Assembly (NCBI GenBank): GCA_963662315.1
Contig: OY759353.1
Span: 3,808,001 to 3,872,000, forward strand
Direction: 5' to 3'
From: Geopsychrobacteraceae bacterium
Lineage (GTDB): Bacteria; Desulfobacterota; Desulfuromonadia; Desulfuromonadales; Geopsychrobacteraceae
DNA: 64,000 nucleotides
A program made the translations under genes and the position numbers. Positions 58,414-64,000 of this stretch are shown piece after piece. The notes beneath the pieces are model-generated. The model saw only the letters and a list, made by a program, of their open reading frames with translations. It was not told the origin of the DNA and ran no database searches. How positions within the stretch are numbered: position 1 is the stretch's first letter; each line of letters starts with the position of its first letter.

Positions 58414-59217
58414 ATGTCATCACATTTAACGATTGCCCTGGCGCAGGTGTCAGTTGCGCGTGAAAAAAATATGAATCTGGATACAGCTCGGCGCTGTGTT
58501 GCCAAAGCAGCAGGTATGGGCGCAGAGCTGGTCATCTTCCCGGAAATGTTTATGTCCTGTCCGCAGCAAGGAGTCCCTCTGGCGATGGCGGCGGAGGCGT
58601 TAGATGGTGAGTTTGTTACTGCTTTGGCGGCTCTGGCAAAACAGTACCAGCTGGCCATAATGTCCGGTGTCTGGGAGACGGTGGAAGGGGACACTGAACG
58701 GGCCGCGAATGTTGTCATTACCCTTGATAAAACGGGAGCTCTTATTTCCCGTTATAACAAGATTCACCTGTTCAACGCTCTGAGTGTCAGGGAGTCGGAT
58801 CAGATGATTGGCGGCCACACTCCCCCGGACAATTTTGAACTGAATGGCATCAGGGTCGGAATAGCGATCTGCTATGATCTGCGCTTCCCTGAGATCTTTC
58901 GCTATCATGCAACCCGTGGGGTCGACCTTGTCATTGTTCCGGCGGCCTGGTATTCCGGCCCTCTTAAAGAGGATCACTGGCTGACTTTGTTACGGGCTCG
59001 GGCGATTGAAAACACCATGTACGTTGCGGGGTGTGATCTGTGTGGTAAGGCCTTCTCCGGTCGGTCAGTCTGCTTTGATCCGTTTGGCGTACCGTTGACC
59101 GATGCCGGTGAAGGGGAAAACGTAGTGATAACCAGGGTTGAGAAACAACGGGTTACAGATATTCGTGAAAAACTTCCGTGCCTTGAACACCTCCGCCCTG
59201 ATTTGTTGTCTTTTTAA
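58414..59217 (+). CDS. Carbon-nitrogen hydrolase (nitrilase superfamily, Nit1/YbeM-like)
   Basis: FPE, YNKIHLF, ICYDLRFPE and RARAIEN motifs (Glu-Lys-Cys triad). Confidence 0.9.
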   Translation: MSSHLTIALAQVSVAREKNMNLDTARRCVAKAAGMGAELVIFPEMFMSCPQQGVPLAMAAEALDGEFVTALAALAKQYQLAIMSGVWETVEGDTERAANVVITLDKTGALISRYNKIHLFNALSVRESDQMIGGHTPPDNFELNGIRVGIAICYDLRFPEIFRYHATRGVDLVIVPAAWYSGPLKEDHWLTLLRARAIENTMYVAGCDLCGKAFSGRSVCFDPFGVPLTDAGEGENVVITRVEKQRVTDIREKLPCLEHLRPDLLSF

Positions 59218-59350
59218 GAGGGCACTCCATCCGCTTGTGCGGGTATGGCCGAACGTAGGTCTGTCCTTTTTCGCGAACAGGTCTATGAAAATGGCGATTC
59301 ATTTAATTCAAGCCGGACGGATCATCTTCGTGATTTCGGCGTATTAGATT

Positions 59351-59378
59351 CCCTCCGGTCACTCGAGTTACCGGAGGG
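59351..59378. terminator. Hairpin between convergent genes
   Basis: CCCTCCGGT-CACTCGAGTT-ACCGGAGGG. Confidence 0.5.
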
Positions 59379-59417
59379 TCGTTGTTCAATGGAAAAAGAG
59401 CAGTTTCCGGCTGAGAA

Positions 59418-61895
59418 CTAATTGGTCAGTGCATCTTTTACTGCCCGGGCCAACTGTTCAGTGGAATATGGCTTATAGATAAACCTGTGGGCTCCGGCAG
59501 CCAAAGCTTCTATTACGTCATTACTCTCCGAGAAACCACTGACAATAATCGCGCGCTGAGCAGGATGCTTCTTGATGATTTCTAAATAAGTTTCCTTGCC
59601 GTTCAACCCTGGTGGCATGAGCATATCGATAATAATCAGGTCCGGTGGACATTGTCTAACTGCCTCTATCGCCTGTTCACCACTGCTGACGGCAGCTGCC
59701 TGGTAGCCACACGACTCAAGCATCTGGCAGGCAAGGTCACGCATATGGGGTTCATCGTCGACGACCAGAATTTTTTCACCATGACCATTTGGGGCGGCTG
59801 TAGCTTCGGGATGTTCCATGATGGTTTCTGTATCACTGGCAACCGGGAAATAGAGACTGAAAGACGTCCCCTGCGGACTGCTATCGACCAGGATTCGACC
59901 ATTGTGGTCCTGAACGGTGTTCCAGACCACGGCCAGGCCTAAGCCAGTGCCGCTGCGACCCAGGGTCTTTTTCGTGTAAAAGGGTTCAAAAATATGCTCA
60001 AGGTCTGCCTGAGAAATACCGGTCCCTGAATCGCGGATCTGCAGCAAGATGTAATTGCCTGGGGCGGGCATGCGACCGGATGCATCCGTGGGCAGAATAC
60101 TGGTAGTCGTTGTCGAGATGGTGATGGTTCCAATACTCTCTATGGCTTCTGCCGCGTTATTGACCAGATTCATCATGATTTTGTTGATATGAATTGGCGA
60201 GGCGGACATGAGTGGTATGTCTGGAGCCCAGTGGGTTTTGATATCTACCCCCGGGTAGCCTTTAGCCAATTTCTGGAACTCAGGTGAATTCAGGTATTCC
60301 TTTATCAACTCATTCAGATTGACAGGAATCCGTGCGGTTGCGGCACCCTTGGCAACGGTGAGCAGATCGGCCACAATCGCGGCGGCCCGGCGACCGGCGT
60401 CACGGATGACGCTGAGCGGTTTGCGCAATTCACTGTGCTCGGGAAGTTTCTTGATGATCAGCTCTGGGTAACCGGTAATTGCAGCCAGAATATTATTCAG
60501 GTCATGAGCAACACCACCGGCCATAAGTCCGATAGCTTCCATCTTCTGCGCCTGCTGCAGTTGTTTTTCAAGGGCCTCATTCTTCCTGGCCGTACGTTTG
60601 ATCTCGGTAATATCCTCAGAAATACCAATCAGGTGAGTTGCGACACCCTGTTTGTCCAGTAGCGGGATTTTCCGGGTGTGAAGGGTGCGTAACCCGGATT
60701 GGGGGGTGAACACGGATTCTTCCGGGATATCAACCAGCTGCTTGCCTGCAAGGACGTCTCTGTCCATTTGGGTAAAGTGTCTGGCCTCTTCTTCCTGAAA
60801 AACTTCAAAATCACTTTTACCGATAATGTCCCGAGCCGGTACGCCGATAATCGTTTCCCCGGCCTTGTTGAACAGGACGAACCTTAATTTCTTGGCTTCC
60901 TTAACAAAAACAACGTTGGGAATATTATCCAGTATGGCATCGAGGAAGTTTCGATTGTCGTTTAGCTCGGCAGAGTATTGTTTGGCCTGCTCAAGTGCTT
61001 CAATGGTCTTTTTCTTGATGAGATGTTCGTGATGCTGCCACAGAAACACCAGGATGGCACCAATGCAGGAAAGTAAACAACCAAAGATCAGAATCCTGGT
61101 CCGGTTGGGAGATGGTTGCTGCCAGCCCTGCAACGGCAGCGCTGCAAGTTGCCAGCTGCCGCCGGGGATATGAACTTCGATGGTCACCGGGTTGGCACTG
61201 AAGACGCTCTCGTCGCCAGCAATGAGCCGACCTTGATTCCCCAGGCCATCTGCTCCGCGGAGGGCAATACGCAGAGTCTGTTCAGAAGAGAAAAAACCTG
61301 CGCTGGTCAGGAGTTTGTCCTTATCAATTACGATGCTGGCCAGCCCCCAATAGATAGAGTTATCTGGGTGCTCGGGGTCAACGGTAAAAATAGGGGTACG
61401 ACTGATAAAGGCGCTCCCCCCCTGAATCAGATTGACCGGTCCGGCAATAATAGTTTTACGTTCTTCAATTGCTTTTTTAACGATTGGCCACTGTTGACGG
61501 TTCTGCTCATAATTGAGCCCCAGGGCATTTTCATTCCCCTTCAAAGGGTGAACAAAGCTGATAGTATTATCTGGTGCTATGCCGATATTGATGATGAAAT
61601 TCGGCGTGCTCAGTATTTCATCAGCGATAGCATGGAAAACTTGCTGATCAAGATGAGGATAGGCGGTAAAGAAGGCAGTCAGGGAGCGGGTCAGGTAATA
61701 ATTGTTATAAATTCCCGTTTCCAGACCGACACTGATGTTGCTCAGTTCGCTGATCACCTCTGTTTTGAGGGTTTGCTGATACCTCTGCCCGTCAAGGTAG
61801 AGCAGGGCAATGGTCAGGCACAAAAGCAGAATTCCAGTAGCGAAACTGATGGCTAAAGATAATCTGGAAATATTTGAATAATTTTGTAACCGCAT
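59418..61895 (-). CDS. Hybrid sensor histidine kinase (CHASE-like, PAS, HisKA, HATPase, REC)
   Basis: GPVNLIQGG CHASE-like motif; AGGVAHDLNN, EPFYTKK, GTGLGL; C-terminal REC. Confidence 0.92.
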   Translation of the reverse strand: MRLQNYSNISRLSLAISFATGILLLCLTIALLYLDGQRYQQTLKTEVISELSNISVGLETGIYNNYYLTRSLTAFFTAYPHLDQQVFHAIADEILSTPNFIINIGIAPDNTISFVHPLKGNENALGLNYEQNRQQWPIVKKAIEERKTIIAGPVNLIQGGSAFISRTPIFTVDPEHPDNSIYWGLASIVIDKDKLLTSAGFFSSEQTLRIALRGADGLGNQGRLIAGDESVFSANPVTIEVHIPGGSWQLAALPLQGWQQPSPNRTRILIFGCLLSCIGAILVFLWQHHEHLIKKKTIEALEQAKQYSAELNDNRNFLDAILDNIPNVVFVKEAKKLRFVLFNKAGETIIGVPARDIIGKSDFEVFQEEEARHFTQMDRDVLAGKQLVDIPEESVFTPQSGLRTLHTRKIPLLDKQGVATHLIGISEDITEIKRTARKNEALEKQLQQAQKMEAIGLMAGGVAHDLNNILAAITGYPELIIKKLPEHSELRKPLSVIRDAGRRAAAIVADLLTVAKGAATARIPVNLNELIKEYLNSPEFQKLAKGYPGVDIKTHWAPDIPLMSASPIHINKIMMNLVNNAAEAIESIGTITISTTTTSILPTDASGRMPAPGNYILLQIRDSGTGISQADLEHIFEPFYTKKTLGRSGTGLGLAVVWNTVQDHNGRILVDSSPQGTSFSLYFPVASDTETIMEHPEATAAPNGHGEKILVVDDEPHMRDLACQMLESCGYQAAAVSSGEQAIEAVRQCPPDLIIIDMLMPPGLNGKETYLEIIKKHPAQRAIIVSGFSESNDVIEALAAGAHRFIYKPYSTEQLARAVKDALTN

Positions 61896-62300
61896 GAATG
61901 CGCAAGTTCCGTTAGTTTATAGTGATAATAGCCTGAAGTAACCTGATACACCCCCTGATTAGTAACCTAGATTAGATTAGCAAAATTAAGTAAAACTGCT
62001 ACCTCCGTCGGTGAATTTAAATAAAAAATAACCATTTCAGGTATTCAATTTATTCTGATAATGCTGAAGGACGGGTACGGAACTTCCCATCGCAAGAGAG
62101 TCAGGTGGTTGCGCTGTAATGGTTTGAACTAAATGATATTGAGCTATTAAATCTTATAGAAATTTCTGAAAAACAACAATACATATAATGAACAATATTT
62201 AAAGATGAACACTGTTAGCAATTAAATATGGATTTTTATCATAATCTCACGAAATGAAGAAAAACTATGGAAAGTCAATCGACTGAGCTTTCACAGTTCA

Positions 62301-63422
62301 TCAGCCGACCCGATGGCGGAACAGCCAGGAAGCCGGAGGCAGGGTAACAAGGGCAATGATTATCAGAGGCCATAGTTGAGGCCAGATGGCACTGACTCCG
62401 GCGCCTTCAAGAAAAATCTGGCGCAAGGAAATCACGACATAACGCATCGGGTTTGCCAGGGTGCCGAGCTGTAGCCAGTGGGGCATATTTTCAATGGGGG
62501 TGGTGAATCCAGACAAAATTACTGCTGGCATGATGAAGACAAATGCTCCAAGCAATCCCTGCTGCATGGTCATGGCTAACGAGGACACCAGCAGGCCGAT
62601 CCCAACGATGGAGATCATGAACAGGGTCAGCACCAACAGCAGGGCAAGAAAACTGCCGCGAAATGGCAAATCGAACAACAGAACACTGCCAGCAACCAGT
62701 AGCAGGGAGTCGAAAAGGCCGAAGAAAATTCCGGGCATCGACTTGGCCAACAGGATTTCGCCTGGAGTGAAAGGTGCCACAAGTAACTGATCAAAGGTGC
62801 CGAATTCGCGTTCGCGAGCGACCGAAAGGCTGGTCAGAACCAGGACAATAACCATACTGATGGTACCGCCCAGGGGGGCAACGATATACCAGCGACTGAT
62901 CAGGTTGCGATTAAACCAGGCCCGTTGGGTCAATGCTATATGAACCGTAGAGGAGGATGCAGGCTGCTGACTCAGCCAGTTGCGGTTAAAGCGGCTGATG
63001 ATTTGATTGGCATAGTCCAGGGAGACGGCTGCAACATTGGAATTCCGACCATCGACGATAATCTGGATAGCCGCGGGCAGTCCCTGCAGCAGTTTTTCGC
63101 TGAACTCCGCACCGATGTGAATCACCATGCGAACCTCTCCGGAATCTATTGCCTTGTCAATTTCCTGCACGGAATGAAGGTAGCGTACCAGACGAAAATT
63201 TTCCGAACCGTAAAAGTCTGCGGCTACTGCCCGTGACTCACTGGTGCGGGCCTGGTCGAGCACTGCATAACGAACTGCTGTGACATCGAAGGTGGCGGCA
63301 AAACCGAACAGGAAAAACTGAATCAACGGCGGACCGATGACGATGAAGCGGCTTTTCGGGTCGCGCAGGATAATGCTGAACTCCTTGGCAATAAGGGCGA
63401 GAATGCGACGCATCAGGATCAT
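62301..63422 (-). CDS. ABC-2 type transporter permease (YbhR-like)
   Basis: KEF..LRDP, AREREFGTFDQLLVAP and LSGFTTPIENMP motifs. Confidence 0.9.
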   Translation of the reverse strand: MILMRRILALIAKEFSIILRDPKSRFIVIGPPLIQFFLFGFAATFDVTAVRYAVLDQARTSESRAVAADFYGSENFRLVRYLHSVQEIDKAIDSGEVRMVIHIGAEFSEKLLQGLPAAIQIIVDGRNSNVAAVSLDYANQIISRFNRNWLSQQPASSSTVHIALTQRAWFNRNLISRWYIVAPLGGTISMVIVLVLTSLSVAREREFGTFDQLLVAPFTPGEILLAKSMPGIFFGLFDSLLLVAGSVLLFDLPFRGSFLALLLVLTLFMISIVGIGLLVSSLAMTMQQGLLGAFVFIMPAVILSGFTTPIENMPHWLQLGTLANPMRYVVISLRQIFLEGAGVSAIWPQLWPLIIIALVTLPPASWLFRHRVG

Positions 63423-63426
63423 GACA

Positions 63427-64000
63427 TCACTCCAGCCGCTTACTTAGTTTGCGGCGGGCAATGGCGAGCAGTAGAACGGCCATAACTGTCAGCGCCGCTC
63501 CTGCCGGCCACAAAATACTGCCGATGTTGCCAGCCAGAAACAGGGTATGACTGATTTCTACAAAATAGCGCGCCGGAATGACATGGCTGACCAGCTGGAT
63601 GAACTGCGGGGTACTTTCCAGGTCAAAAAGCATCCCGGAAAGGAAAAATGCGGGAAGAAATCCTGCGACCAGGGAAATCTGCGCGGCGACAAATTGAATT
63701 TTCACGGTCGCGGAAATTGCCAGCCCAAAGCCGAGAGACGCCAGCAAAAAGATGGAACTGAGCAGGAATAACAGCCACAGAGAGCCCTGTAACGGCACGG
63801 AAAAAATCCACATTCCTCCGGCCACGCAGATCAGCAGCCCGAGCATGCCAAGAATATAATAGGGGAGGATTTTTCCGATCAGCAGTTCATTCAGGCTGAT
63901 GGGCGTGACCAGAATCGCCTCCATGGTACCGCGTTCCCACTCTCGGGCAATAACCAGGGCGGTCAGCAGGGTGCCGACCAGGGTCATAATCAGGGCGATC
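63427..64000 (-). CDS. ABC-2 type transporter permease (YbhS-like), 5' end outside the window
   Basis: LLTALVIAREWERGTMEA, GKILPY and PARYF motifs. Confidence 0.9.
   Translation of the reverse strand, partial: IALIMTLVGTLLTALVIAREWERGTMEAILVTPISLNELLIGKILPYYILGMLGLLICVAGGMWIFSVPLQGSLWLLFLLSSIFLLASLGFGLAISATVKIQFVAAQISLVAGFLPAFFLSGMLFDLESTPQFIQLVSHVIPARYFVEISHTLFLAGNIGSILWPAGAALTVMAVLLLAIARRKLSKRLE

Noticed and set aside
61900..62295. ncRNA or gene in the AT-rich intergenic region
   Set aside because: No ORF, stable hairpin or recognisable motif; consistent with the kinase promoter region.
1..64000. tRNA or rRNA genes
   Set aside because: No cloverleaf or rRNA signature was recognised by eye; tRNAscan and barrnap were not run.

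Overview
Bacterial chromosomal window. The gene content resembles an anaerobic Desulfuromonadales-type deltaproteobacterium (inference). 1-17 kb: a citrate-utilisation locus with two tctC paralogues, tctBA, rraA-like, a LytS/LytTR pair followed by a triple BtsR-type box and an unannotated 44-aa ORF, an MmdA-type Na+-pumping decarboxylase set, and citC-D-(DUF296)-E-F-X-G. 17-37 kb: housekeeping genes (ClC, UvrD/PcrA, Mrp, gatCAB, mtnA, glnE, ttcA, lytic transglycosylase). 37.7-43.1 kb: a FadR-type regulator, a broken DapA-family aldolase, garR, glycerate kinase and pyk. 43.5-58.3 kb is an accessory island. It opens with a TIR-like gene bearing integron-cassette hallmarks that abuts the 3' remnant of a group IIC intron. 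Three tandem units follow, each made of a RAYT/Y1 HUH transposase with 24-bp terminal inverted repeats, a truncated orphan toxin tip, an immunity gene, a polymorphic toxin and a structured upstream repeat region. The three toxins share an unrecognised N-terminal domain but carry different warheads (HExxE-type, EndoU, deaminase). A 10-bp motif, GTTCCAAACA (read as V-P-N), marks the warhead junction in toxins 2 and 3 (variant ATTGCAAACA in toxin 1) and the start of each orphan tip after the immunity genes, which suggests in-frame cassette exchange. This is the best candidate for an undescribed system. The third RAYT is interrupted by an IS256 that is itself interrupted by a second IS256. The window ends with an SRPBCC gene with cassette-like boundaries, a nitrilase-family gene, a hybrid sensor kinase and ABC-2 permeases. 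All family assignments come from motif recognition by eye; no searches were run.
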